Shown here: positions 1 through 8,394 of the stretch, piece after piece
Layout of the letters: each line of letters begins with the position of its first letter
Position numbering within the stretch: the first letter of the stretch is position 1
From: a virus
Reading direction: 5' to 3' (one strand)
Virus record (IMG/VR): IMGVR_UViG_3300045988_174170
Length of the DNA: 64,000 nucleotides
Translations under genes and position numbers: made by a program
Notes under the pieces: model-generated
Databases searched by the model: none
The model's input: only the letters and a program-made list of their open reading frames with translations
What the model was told of the DNA's origin: nothing

Positions 1-1185
1 GACTACCTCATCAACGCACAAGTAGACCTCGGCGTATACCCATACCCAATCGAATGGACAACCTACGACAAAGAAAACCCCGAAGCGGAATGGGACTTCT
101 ACCCCGGACACGTCATCGCCAGCAACTTCTACAAAGCTATCCTAGAATACATCGACCGAGCACCCGAAAAGAACGACGCTTTCCTCGCCTTCCAAGGGCT
201 ACTAGTCTACCGCACAGACACAGAACTAGCATCCATCCAAGGCGAAGTAAGCCCCGACGAACAACACATCAACGGGTCACCATACATCGGGCGCTGTATC
301 ACCATCACCTCCAAAAAAGGTGGAACAGGTAAAACCACAACCTCACTAGGACTAGCAAACGCCCTAGCCAAATACAGCCAAAAAGCCGTAGAAGAAGGAC
401 GCGCCAAAACCCCACTAAAAATCATCGTCATCGACCTCGACCTACAAGACGGACAAGTAGGATACGACACAGGCAACCAAGCAAAAACCGTAGTAGGCAT
501 CTTTGACGACTTCCGCTCAGAATACCGCATACTAGGCGAAGACCCCGCCGAAGACTGGCGTATCATCAACGACAACATCAACCACAACACCCGAGTAGGA
601 GTAGACACACTACTAGCACCCGAAAACCCAACCGACCTCAACGACCTACGCCCACCATTCTACCGCACCATCATCCAGGCAATCCGCGAACACTACGATA
701 TTGTCATCATCGACACATCAGTACTACTCAACGACCCCTACATGAAAGAATGTGCATACCCCCTAACCCACAAACTGTACTACGTGACACAGCCACACTT
801 CAAGCCGCTAATTACCATGAAACGACAGTTTGTGTACGGTCTAGGCTCAGGACGGCACGGCGGAGGAATGGACCCGCGCCGCATCAGTGTATTCGTAAAC
901 GGCGTAGAAGACGAAGATACCGTCAAAGCAGGTTCAGCAGTATCACTCCCCGGAGTGCAAGACTACTGCGCCGCAGGAATCGAAGTGCTCACAGGCGTAC
1001 CATACCTACACAGGAAAGTACTAGACGCAACCAACCCGCGCCTACCCGGAGGATTCGACTACCTACTAGAAAACGACGGATACCGCGAAGGTATGGAAGT
1101 GCTACTATACGACATCATTAGGGGTACCGACTACCCGCTATTTGATGCGGAAACAGCTGAAGCTTTTGAAGCTGACTACCTATAA
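1..1185 (+). CDS. ParA/MinD-family P-loop ATPase (CpaE/TadZ-like), 5'-partial at window edge
   Basis: Frame 1 is open from nt 1 to TAA 1183-1185. Deviant Walker A 'ITSKKGGTGKTTTSLGLA' and a hydrophobic 'IVIIDT' Walker B-like strand. The track ORF 742..1185 is only its C-terminal part. Confidence 0.75.
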   Translation, partial: DYLINAQVDLGVYPYPIEWTTYDKENPEAEWDFYPGHVIASNFYKAILEYIDRAPEKNDAFLAFQGLLVYRTDTELASIQGEVSPDEQHINGSPYIGRCITITSKKGGTGKTTTSLGLANALAKYSQKAVEEGRAKTPLKIIVIDLDLQDGQVGYDTGNQAKTVVGIFDDFRSEYRILGEDPAEDWRIINDNINHNTRVGVDTLLAPENPTDLNDLRPPFYRTIIQAIREHYDIVIIDTSVLLNDPYMKECAYPLTHKLYYVTQPHFKPLITMKRQFVYGLGSGRHGGGMDPRRISVFVNGVEDEDTVKAGSAVSLPGVQDYCAAGIEVLTGVPYLHRKVLDATNPRLPGGFDYLLENDGYREGMEVLLYDIIRGTDYPLFDAETAEAFEADYL

Positions 1186-1200
1186 AATCAGCACCAAAAA

Positions 1201-1248
1201 ATTAAGGCGGGAAGCGACCTGTAAAAACAAGTCACTTCCCGCCTTAAT
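1201..1248. terminator. bidirectional hairpin terminator between convergent genes
   Basis: 14-bp perfect stem ATTAAGGCGGGAAG / CTTCCCGCCTTAAT with a 20-nt loop, sitting between ParA-like (+) and 1255..1524 (-). Confidence 0.55.
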
Positions 1249-1254
1249 GCACTT

Positions 1255-1524
1255 TCAGACTAGAGGAACCGTTACCTCATCATCCCAAGAATTGCTAGGA
1301 GCCGTATTTTCCACCACCTGCGGTGACTCAGGTATCACCCAGCCGATAAACAAGCAGATAGCTGATATTACAAGTAGCAAAATAAAAATAGTTCCGCTAC
1401 CATTCCAGAACTTAACATCACCCAACTGCCCAACAATAAATCCAAGAAACATGATTCCAGGGGCGATAATCAGCATAAGTGAAGCGCCAACCATGCAAGC
1501 CCAGCGCTTCACCTCACCTAGCAT
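1255..1524 (-). CDS. small membrane protein
   Basis: Track ORF 1255..1548. The GTG at 1548 abuts the SD, whereas the ATG at 1524 has GAGGTG 12 nt upstream. Two hydrophobic segments. Confidence 0.4.
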   Translation of the reverse strand: MLGEVKRWACMVGASLMLIIAPGIMFLGFIVGQLGDVKFWNGSGTIFILLLVISAICLFIGWVIPESPQVVENTAPSNSWDDEVTVPLV

Positions 1525-1597
1525 TTGAGAACTATTCACCTCAAACACCCACCTAACGGATAAACAATCATTTTACATGAGAATCATATCCGCAACT

Positions 1598-2104
1598 TTA
1601 CAGGCGCGTAACAACAAGAAGAAAGCCAAGCCCCAGAAATATTAAAACAATAAAACTTATAAGGATTTTAAGAACTTTCTGAACCTCGCCTGTTTTTTCG
1701 GTTTTACTATCCTTGCAGATGCCTGTGCTAACACTGTATGACCCAATGACAGTAGTGCATTTATCAGAAGGGGAAGAACTAGGAGTAGAAGGCGTGGGGC
1801 TAGGCGAAGAGGTTACTTGATTTGCAGGTGCTGACGCTGTGTGCTTAGGTAGTACATGCTGTGTAACACCATAAAGTGCGCCGCCAAGCAACCCAAGAGT
1901 GAAACAGATACCAATAATAACGGCAATAGTTTTACCCAGCTCTCGACGTTTTCACCGTGACTTCTCAGCATCCTGTGCTTTCTGGATACCTTCAACCCAA
2001 TCACACTGCAACTTATCGTAACCCAAGATACGGGCTGAGCCCGCATACGGTGATTCTTTTATCTGCATCGCCGCATTATGCTCTTTGGTATAGACCTTAG
2101 TCAT
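1598..2104 (-). pseudogene. paralog of the 2119..2661 membrane protein interrupted by an in-frame TGA (1952..1954); nonsense-inactivated or read-through/recoded
   Basis: ATG at 2104 with AAGGGG 13 nt upstream. 50 codons align to paralog residues 12-61 (SPYAGSARILGYDKLQCDWVEGIQKAQDAEKSR vs SPYMGAARVLGYDHKQRDWIKAIQDAKDAEEAR). TGA sits at the position of Val in the paralog. The same frame then continues (KRRELGKTIAVIIGI...) for 117 more codons into track ORF 1598..1891, including the TM segments. Confidence 0.45.
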
Positions 2105-2118
2105 AAGAGTTAGACCCC

Positions 2119-2661
2119 TTATTCTATTGCCCCAACGGAGGATATGCTATTTGAGCTTTTACTCGGTGGTGCGGGCAGGTTGTTCATTGCGTAAAATACA
2201 GCTCCAAGCAATGACAGAACGACGATAAGTGGGATAATTAGCCTTATGTTTTGAGCTTTTACGGCATGGAACATGCCAAAAAGAACTATCAAGAGGCTAA
2301 CTACCATAAACAGTTGCATTGCCCTGGAGGAGAAAGGGCTTGTACTGCTACTCGAACTAGTTGTACTTGCTGGTGTCGATTTAGGGAGCAAGTCACCCCA
2401 CGGCACTTGGGAAAGCCCGTAGATAGCCGCAATGATAAGACCGATAATCGCACCAATAATAACTAGAACACCTAGTACCTTGAGTGCTGATTTACCTAGC
2501 TCTTGGCGGGCTACCCGCGCCTCTTCAGCATCCTTAGCGTCCTGAATAGCTTTAATCCAGTCACGCTGTTTATGGTCATAACCCAAGACACGAGCGGCAC
2601 CCATGTACGGCGAGTTAGCTACACGCTCAATTATTCCTTGCCCAGTATTTGCGGTACTCAA
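2119..2661 (-). CDS. small membrane protein (soluble N-domain, TM helices, Ser/Thr-rich tail); likely PspA-associated anchor
   Basis: 180-aa ORF. TTG start 5 nt after the PspA-like stop, with AAAGAGAAAGGG upstream. Hydrophobic stretches LKVLGVLVIIGAIIGLIIAAIYGL and MQLFMVVSLLIVLFGMF. A paralog lies immediately downstream. Confidence 0.55.
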   Translation of the reverse strand: MSTANTGQGIIERVANSPYMGAARVLGYDHKQRDWIKAIQDAKDAEEARVARQELGKSALKVLGVLVIIGAIIGLIIAAIYGLSQVPWGDLLPKSTPASTTSSSSSTSPFSSRAMQLFMVVSLLIVLFGMFHAVKAQNIRLIIPLIVVLSLLGAVFYAMNNLPAPPSKSSNSISSVGAIE

Positions 2662-2666
2662 AAGAA

Positions 2667-3587
2667 CTACAGCCCTTTCTCTTTACGTAGAGCTTCCAGG
2701 CGTTCCTGTGCCGTCAAGCGGGTAAACTCATAGTCGTTACTACCCTCTTGAACTTCCCGCATACCCTGCAAACGAGCCTCGGCTTCCTCGGCAAGTTTAT
2801 CGAACGCGGAGCCGGTAGTCACGTCGCTAAGCTTGTCCTTCAAGCTATTCACCAGTTCTTGCTGTTTCTGTGAAGTATGCAAATCACCTAGGCGACGCAC
2901 CCCACGCTCAGCTTCCTTCAAGATACTAAGATTGCTCTTAAAAGCCGCCTCCGTATCCTTCAGGAACTTACGGCTAACCCTCAGAGAGTTTTCAGCGTCA
3001 ATAAGCTCGATAGCCAGCTCCTCATTGCGGGCGGCAACCTCTTCAGCATCACCCTTCTTACGCCAACTACTCTGACCCTTCAGGCCAGCTTCAATCTCTG
3101 ACTCTAGACGCTTAACCTTAGCCTCCAACATGGCAATATCATCTAGATAGTCAATGATATTAGGTGCCGAATCACCCAAAGCTTCACGTGTCTCAGCAAT
3201 CAGTTTCAGACCCTTAGCAATCTCTTCTTCGTTTTCCATACCTACACTGCTCATGCGTTCAAAAGCCCTTTCAAAAGTAATAATTTTCTCTAGCCTACTA
3301 TCAGACGGTAAACCCCGCCCAACGTAGTACACCTTAGCCGCCGCCAACGTCTCCCGCCTAATCTTCACCAAGTCAGAGGTAAACATCAGGTCAGCACCCT
3401 CACGTTTCTGTGCACCCCTAGCCTTAATAAGAGCACTCCTCAAACTTTCAGGGCACCCCGTGTCGTAATAAGTAAGCAAAGCATCAGCAAGCGTAAGCTT
3501 CTGCTCCAAAACAAGCATCGGTTCAAGCTCGGTAGGCGGCTCAACCTTAGCTTCACGTCGGAAAAACTTCAAAATAGAACCTTTCAT
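2667..3587 (-). CDS. PspA/IM30 (Vipp1/LiaH)-like coiled-coil protein (tentative)
   Basis: Track ORF 2667..3704. The start is more likely M40 (ATG 3587), because a TGACCG-17-TACAAT promoter lies downstream of the 3704 start. N-terminal amphipathic MKGSILKFFRRE, a long heptad-rich coiled coil, and a C-terminal 'SAFDKLAEEAEARLQGM' reminiscent of the PspA/Vipp1 'AFERMEEKV' helix. Similarity is judged by eye only. Confidence 0.45.
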   Translation of the reverse strand: MKGSILKFFRREAKVEPPTELEPMLVLEQKLTLADALLTYYDTGCPESLRSALIKARGAQKREGADLMFTSDLVKIRRETLAAAKVYYVGRGLPSDSRLEKIITFERAFERMSSVGMENEEEIAKGLKLIAETREALGDSAPNIIDYLDDIAMLEAKVKRLESEIEAGLKGQSSWRKKGDAEEVAARNEELAIELIDAENSLRVSRKFLKDTEAAFKSNLSILKEAERGVRRLGDLHTSQKQQELVNSLKDKLSDVTTGSAFDKLAEEAEARLQGMREVQEGSNDYEFTRLTAQERLEALRKEKGL

Positions 3588-3608
3588 AACAAAATTAATA
3601 ACAAACTC

Positions 3609-3637
3609 ATTGTAGCATGTGTGACATAAGGCGGTCA
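3609..3637 (-). promoter_or_regulatory. sigma70-like promoter TGACCG-17-TGcTACAAT for the PspA-like operon
   Basis: Read on the minus strand: -35 TGACCG (3637..3632), 17-bp spacer, extended -10 TGCTACAAT (3617..3609). Confidence 0.45.
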
Positions 3638-3731
3638 CCCCCGAAACACAAAGGCAAAACACGGTCAGCAAGCTATAGGTTACACAGCCTAAAAAAGACC
3701 CCAAACAACCAGTAAAGGAAACACAGACGCA

Positions 3732-5288
3732 ATGACCACTACCGCTGGGCTTTCACTCAACCAAATGCGCAAAGCAACAAAGCGACCCAACAACGTTGCT
3801 GAAACACGCAAACGACTCAACCGAATCAACGAAGAAGTAGCCGCCCACGCGGAAGTAACCCCCAACGAACAGCCAGCCACCAAAGAAAAAGAAGGCACCA
3901 CCCTCACAGCTGAAGAACTCAATGAAATCATTGAATCAGCAATCAGCGCCGCCGCCAACGCAAACCGAAGCCAAGAAAAACCAGAAAAGACTGAAACACC
4001 CAAAGTAGACACGTCACAAGCACGTACCATCAAGACAAGTCTAGGTGACGGCAACCCGCTACGATACTCAGTGCCCGAAGCCCGCGACGAACCGCCCGGC
4101 TTCCCAATCTGCGCAATCCTAACGGAAGCAATCAACAGGGGCGCAACAGACGTATACATCACCCCAGATACACCTATCCGCTTCAAAATCAAAGGCGGAA
4201 ACAACATCTACGACGGGTTCAAAATCCCAGACCGAACCGAAATTAACCGTATGATGAAGGTAATCATCCCAACAGGTGAACAAGACATCTTCACCTCACA
4301 GAAAGAGCTTGATACCTCATATACGCTACCCCTATACGAACATGCCGGTCGAAGGACACGTCTCAACGTCAGCGCGGCAAGCCCCGGATTCGGTAACGCG
4401 GTACTGTCATTCCGTATCCTAGCCGGAAACCTGTACCATCCAAAGTATTACGGGCTACCTGACGTAGTACTTAAAGCAATGCACCAATCCGGCGGACTTA
4501 TCGTATTCTCGGGACCAACCGGTTCAGGTAAAACAACCAGTATCGCGTCGCTACTACTCTACGCATCAAGGGAAGTACATCGACCCGACGCTAACGGCAA
4601 CCCAACAGGGCCGACAATCATCACCATTGAACGCCCAATTGAGTACCTGTTCGACAATAACAATGAGAAGGCAAACGGCTCACTCTTCATCCAGCGTGAA
4701 GTAGGACGTGACACATACTCATTCGATAACGCTATCTCATCAGCTATGCGACAGCAACCTAACATCATCCTTATTGGTGAGGTTAGGAAGTCAGTTGAAA
4801 TGCAAGCCGCTCTAACTGCCGCAACCACCGGTCACCTGACCTTGACCACAGTACACGCCGAAGATACAGCGGGTATTATCCAGCGCCTTATGAGTGCCGC
4901 AGACACCGGTGCGAACACCCGTGAAGACGTTCTACGTTCAATTGCCGCCTCTGGTCGAGTCTTTGTCACGCAGGCTCTAGTAGACCGAATCGACGGCGAA
5001 AAGATAGCTGTACACGAAGTTCTTGTCATCAAGCAGTCTGACCAGTCCCTCATTCAGGCAATTCAAGAAGGCGACTTCCGACATATCCGTCAGTCTCTAC
5101 AAGCAACAGGTGAAGACATGAGTAGTCGCCTAGTGGAACTTTGCCGCGAAGGTGGGCCTTGCTACGTCGAAGCGGCGTTGAAGCACAGCCCCGACCCCAA
5201 TAGGTTCTGGCAACTTATCCAGCTTGAAAAGTCGAACGGAATTGAGCACAACTATGACCCGAACAAGAAGGAAGAAGACCTGTGGTAG
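3732..5288 (+). CDS. PilT/GspE/VirB11-family secretion (traffic) ATPase
   Basis: Walker A 'FSGPTGSGKTTS', Asp box 'IITIERPIEY', Walker B 'NIILIGEVR', His box 'TGHLTLTTVHA'. The N-domain 'AILTEAINRGATDVYITPDTPIRFKIKG' is PilT-N-like. AAAGGA RBS. Confidence 0.85.
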   Translation: MTTTAGLSLNQMRKATKRPNNVAETRKRLNRINEEVAAHAEVTPNEQPATKEKEGTTLTAEELNEIIESAISAAANANRSQEKPEKTETPKVDTSQARTIKTSLGDGNPLRYSVPEARDEPPGFPICAILTEAINRGATDVYITPDTPIRFKIKGGNNIYDGFKIPDRTEINRMMKVIIPTGEQDIFTSQKELDTSYTLPLYEHAGRRTRLNVSAASPGFGNAVLSFRILAGNLYHPKYYGLPDVVLKAMHQSGGLIVFSGPTGSGKTTSIASLLLYASREVHRPDANGNPTGPTIITIERPIEYLFDNNNEKANGSLFIQREVGRDTYSFDNAISSAMRQQPNIILIGEVRKSVEMQAALTAATTGHLTLTTVHAEDTAGIIQRLMSAADTGANTREDVLRSIAASGRVFVTQALVDRIDGEKIAVHEVLVIKQSDQSLIQAIQEGDFRHIRQSLQATGEDMSSRLVELCREGGPCYVEAALKHSPDPNRFWQLIQLEKSNGIEHNYDPNKKEEDLW

Positions 5289-5688
5289 AGTAGCGTAAAC
5301 TGCATAACAAAAACCCCTCAAGAGAATCATCTTGAGGGGTTTTTGTTGTTATAACCTTATGGCTTTACAGTCCGCGAGAGTAATAGCCACATAACATGCC
5401 ACAGATAGCCCAAGAAGCCACCATATAGCCCCTAAAAGCAAGCTTATTACTAGTAAGTGGGCTATGAAAAACCTTGCCTTTAGAGAGCTATATAAGGATT
5501 CAACACACATACTGGAATATATTAGGAAAGGTGGACACCATACAGAAGTAAAGACAAAATATACACAACTAGAACAACGGAACCTACAGGCAGGAAGTCG
5601 AGCACCAGCCACGTAGCCCAGCATACGTAAAAAGGGGAACCTTCAGCACAATCAAGCTAAAGGTTCCCCCTTTTTTTGTCACGACACA

Positions 5689-7332
5689 CTAGAAACTAAA
5701 AACAGATTCCGTATTCTCAAACACGCCACCTTCAGGACGTTCCAACCTGTAAGCAACAATACGGTCAGAAACCCCCTCCTCAGTAGCCCACTTATTCACG
5801 CGGCGAACCATAGTGTCCGATGTGCACAACCAAACCACCTTACTGAACACTGAACGGTCATCACGGTACTGCTCCAAAATCTCAACCAGCTTACCCCTAG
5901 ACTTAGAGGAACCACGCTCAACCTCAACCGCAATACTACGCGCCTCACCATTCTCACCACGCGGCAAAATAGCCACAATATCCGGCACATGGAAAGTCGC
6001 TGTAGAAGCCGCCGACAAAACAGCCCACATCCACTCATTACCACCAAAACACTCAGGGCCAACACCACTACCACCACCAGCACGCCACTCACGCAAAATC
6101 CTAGCACGCTCAGCAATCAGATAATCACGCATCTCAAGCGCATTATTACCCCTCAAAAGACCCTGCAAAGAACCATTAATCTGACGGTCAGACACAACGT
6201 TAAACCCACGAAGAGCAGAACCACCTGAAGAACGACCACCCCAAACACCAGTACCAAGATTCAATACGTCAGTAGACCCGCACCACAACAAGGCACCAAC
6301 ATATGTAACAAGAACCCTATGCGGAAACTCCATATTGCCCAAAGATGAACGCTTAAACGCGCCGCCACCAACACCAAACTCATCAAGCCCAACACGAGTA
6401 CCCACCCAAACACGGTGACCACCAGCACCCGCAACATCAACAGCCTCAATACAGCCCCTAGACTGCAAACCCTTCAAATACTTCAAAGCCGTAACACGAG
6501 TAGACACACCAAGCAAAAGCATAGTAGCCCTAACATCAACCCAACCAAAAATACCGATAAAGCTCATAATCTCAACCTCACGGCGAACACCCATAAGGCG
6601 AGGACGAACACCACCATCAGCACGCTCCTTAGAACGCAAACGCTTCACCCTAGCCTCAACAACATCAGGCGACTCGCCAACCAGCGGCGGCGACACAACA
6701 TCAACACCACCAACACGACTCAACCAATAAGAAGACTGCTCAACAGCCAAAACATTAGAAACTTCAACAGACGACATAACGCCGCCCCTCCCATCATAAT
6801 CAAACCTAAAAGAAGACAAATCAGAAACACCAACACCAACAGGTAACCCCAAAGAACCAGAACCGGAACCAGGCGGCGCAACAAGACCACCCAAAACCAA
6901 ATCCTCAACCCCCGCAGACTCACCCAAAGCACGGGCACCAACACCACCAACAGGAACCCTAAACCCATCAGCAACAGCGTTCAAATCAACCGAACCACCA
7001 AAAGACCAACGAGCACGCGGCGTAACACCAAATGAAAAACCACCATGAGTAAACACAGAACCAGACCAGCCCGACACAGAGGCATCCCACACATAACCCG
7101 AACATTCAGATTCAAACGACCTAAACGGCTTAGGAATATCCGAAAAATCCCTCACACCAACACCACGCTCAAGAACCGACGTGCCACCATGAGGCCAAAC
7201 AAACCCCTCCGTCACATGAGACAAACCAACACCAGAAGGGAACGCCCCCGGCAACAAGCCAGCACCAACACCAGCAATAGCACCAATAACAGGCTTAGAA
7301 ACAGCAGAACCAGCCAAAACCAGAACCTCCAA
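5689..7332 (-). CDS. replication-relaxation (Replic_Relax)-like winged-helix protein with ~260-aa Gly-rich N-terminal extension
   Basis: The C-terminal half 'REVEIMSFIGIFGWVDVRATMLLLGVSTRVTALKYLKGLQSRGCIEAV ... HVPDIVAILPRGENGEARSIAVEVERGSSKSRGKLVEILEQYRD' matches the architecture of plasmid replication-relaxation family proteins, recalled from memory. TTG start, so the start is uncertain. Confidence 0.5.
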   Translation of the reverse strand: MEVLVLAGSAVSKPVIGAIAGVGAGLLPGAFPSGVGLSHVTEGFVWPHGGTSVLERGVGVRDFSDIPKPFRSFESECSGYVWDASVSGWSGSVFTHGGFSFGVTPRARWSFGGSVDLNAVADGFRVPVGGVGARALGESAGVEDLVLGGLVAPPGSGSGSLGLPVGVGVSDLSSFRFDYDGRGGVMSSVEVSNVLAVEQSSYWLSRVGGVDVVSPPLVGESPDVVEARVKRLRSKERADGGVRPRLMGVRREVEIMSFIGIFGWVDVRATMLLLGVSTRVTALKYLKGLQSRGCIEAVDVAGAGGHRVWVGTRVGLDEFGVGGGAFKRSSLGNMEFPHRVLVTYVGALLWCGSTDVLNLGTGVWGGRSSGGSALRGFNVVSDRQINGSLQGLLRGNNALEMRDYLIAERARILREWRAGGGSGVGPECFGGNEWMWAVLSAASTATFHVPDIVAILPRGENGEARSIAVEVERGSSKSRGKLVEILEQYRDDRSVFSKVVWLCTSDTMVRRVNKWATEEGVSDRIVAYRLERPEGGVFENTESVFSF

Positions 7333-7417
7333 AAAGAATCAACAAAAACAAGGTATAAAACAGGCGCAACCCCGCAAAATCAGAGCCGCGCCCACCACCA
7401 ACATAGCGGCAAATAAA

Positions 7418-7437
7418 AAAGTGTGCTACAATTATAA
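7418..7437. promoter_or_regulatory. back-to-back overlapping divergent extended -10 promoters (TGCTACAAT on + / TGTTATAAT on -)
   Basis: gtgTGCTACAATtataacagta. The + strand element feeds 7478 and its reverse complement TGTTATAAT feeds 5689..7332. Confidence 0.4.
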
Positions 7438-7477
7438 CAGTACTTGGTAAACCCCTACAGATAAGGACACCCAACAA

Positions 7478-7669
7478 GTGAACACCCCAACCAACGGCAA
7501 GAACTACCTCAACGGCAAGCTCATTGAAAACCCCATCGGATACCTCTTCGGAGCGGATTATGCAGAGACGCTAGATGAAGACACTAAAGCCTACATGGAA
7601 TACCTTGTTAAGGAGTTTGATAGTTGGGACGAAGAAGCAAAGAATAGCAACACCGAAAGCGAACAGTAA
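7478..7669 (+). CDS. hypothetical protein (GTG start)
   Basis: 63-aa ORF with AAGGA 12 nt upstream. Confidence 0.45.
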   Translation: MNTPTNGKNYLNGKLIENPIGYLFGADYAETLDEDTKAYMEYLVKEFDSWDEEAKNSNTESEQ

Positions 7670-7671
7670 CA

Positions 7672-7986
7672 ATGTTTAGCCAACAGGAATATTATCCCAT
7701 CCTGGCACTAACACTAGAAACCCGTGTACGTAGACCAATGGGCGGAGGCCCACAGTTGGCACGTATGCTAGTCGTACACTTCGTAGACGCTGAGAATAAC
7801 CCCTGCTACAAAACCTATGGATACTCAGGGATGAGCCCAGAATACGACCTGCCCACTGTAAAAATTGTCTTCAAAAACACCGACACCCCCTACCTTGTTA
7901 AGGCGGGGAATAATGGGCGTGACGAAATCCAGCTAAGCAAAGACCATTGGAAAAATATCCATACCGGTAACGTAAGCCTAATCTAA
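7672..7986 (+). CDS. hypothetical protein
   Basis: 104-aa ORF tightly packed after the previous gene. Confidence 0.5.
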   Translation: MFSQQEYYPILALTLETRVRRPMGGGPQLARMLVVHFVDAENNPCYKTYGYSGMSPEYDLPTVKIVFKNTDTPYLVKAGNNGRDEIQLSKDHWKNIHTGNVSLI

Positions 7987-8017
7987 CCCACCCCTAAGAC
8001 AGAAAGATATTCAAAAC

Positions 8018-8284
8018 ATGAATAACTACACCGTCATCAAAATCCAGTTTGAAACCATCGTAACCGAAAGAACCACATCATACAATACACAGAGCGCAAC
8101 CCGCGTACATTACCTGCAAACCGACGGTACAGTAGCGTCAGTTCGGTACGACCCCGGCGAGCTGAAGATGGTTCTTGACCAGCACGAAGGTAAACTACCC
8201 TACCTCACCGACGATAATGTACTACACGTACACCCGGAACACCTGAAAGACATTCAGACTTCCGTCATCAGGTACTTTAAGTAA
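8018..8284 (+). CDS. hypothetical protein
   Basis: 88-aa ORF, followed by a 17-bp perfect GC hairpin at 8311..8361. Confidence 0.5.
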   Translation: MNNYTVIKIQFETIVTERTTSYNTQSATRVHYLQTDGTVASVRYDPGELKMVLDQHEGKLPYLTDDNVLHVHPEHLKDIQTSVIRYFK

Positions 8285-8394
8285 ACCTGCAAACCAAACC
8301 CGCTAAGAAACGCCCCGGCGGGGCGGCATAAACCACCCCAAACCATGCCGCCCCGCCGGGGTGCACAAGCACTACAGAATAGGAAAACCAACCC

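Noticed and set aside
54-641. ORFs 54..332 (+) and 207..641 (-) at the left edge
   Set aside because: Alternative-frame artefacts within the ParA-like gene, whose frame 1 is open from nt 1 with a clear Walker A motif.
5796-7416. Numerous + strand ORFs within 5689..7332 (for example 6415..6846, 7045..7416, 5813..6124)
   Set aside because: Low-complexity Thr/Asn/Arg/His products of the AC-rich strand. The minus-strand gene carries a recognisable replication-relaxation domain.
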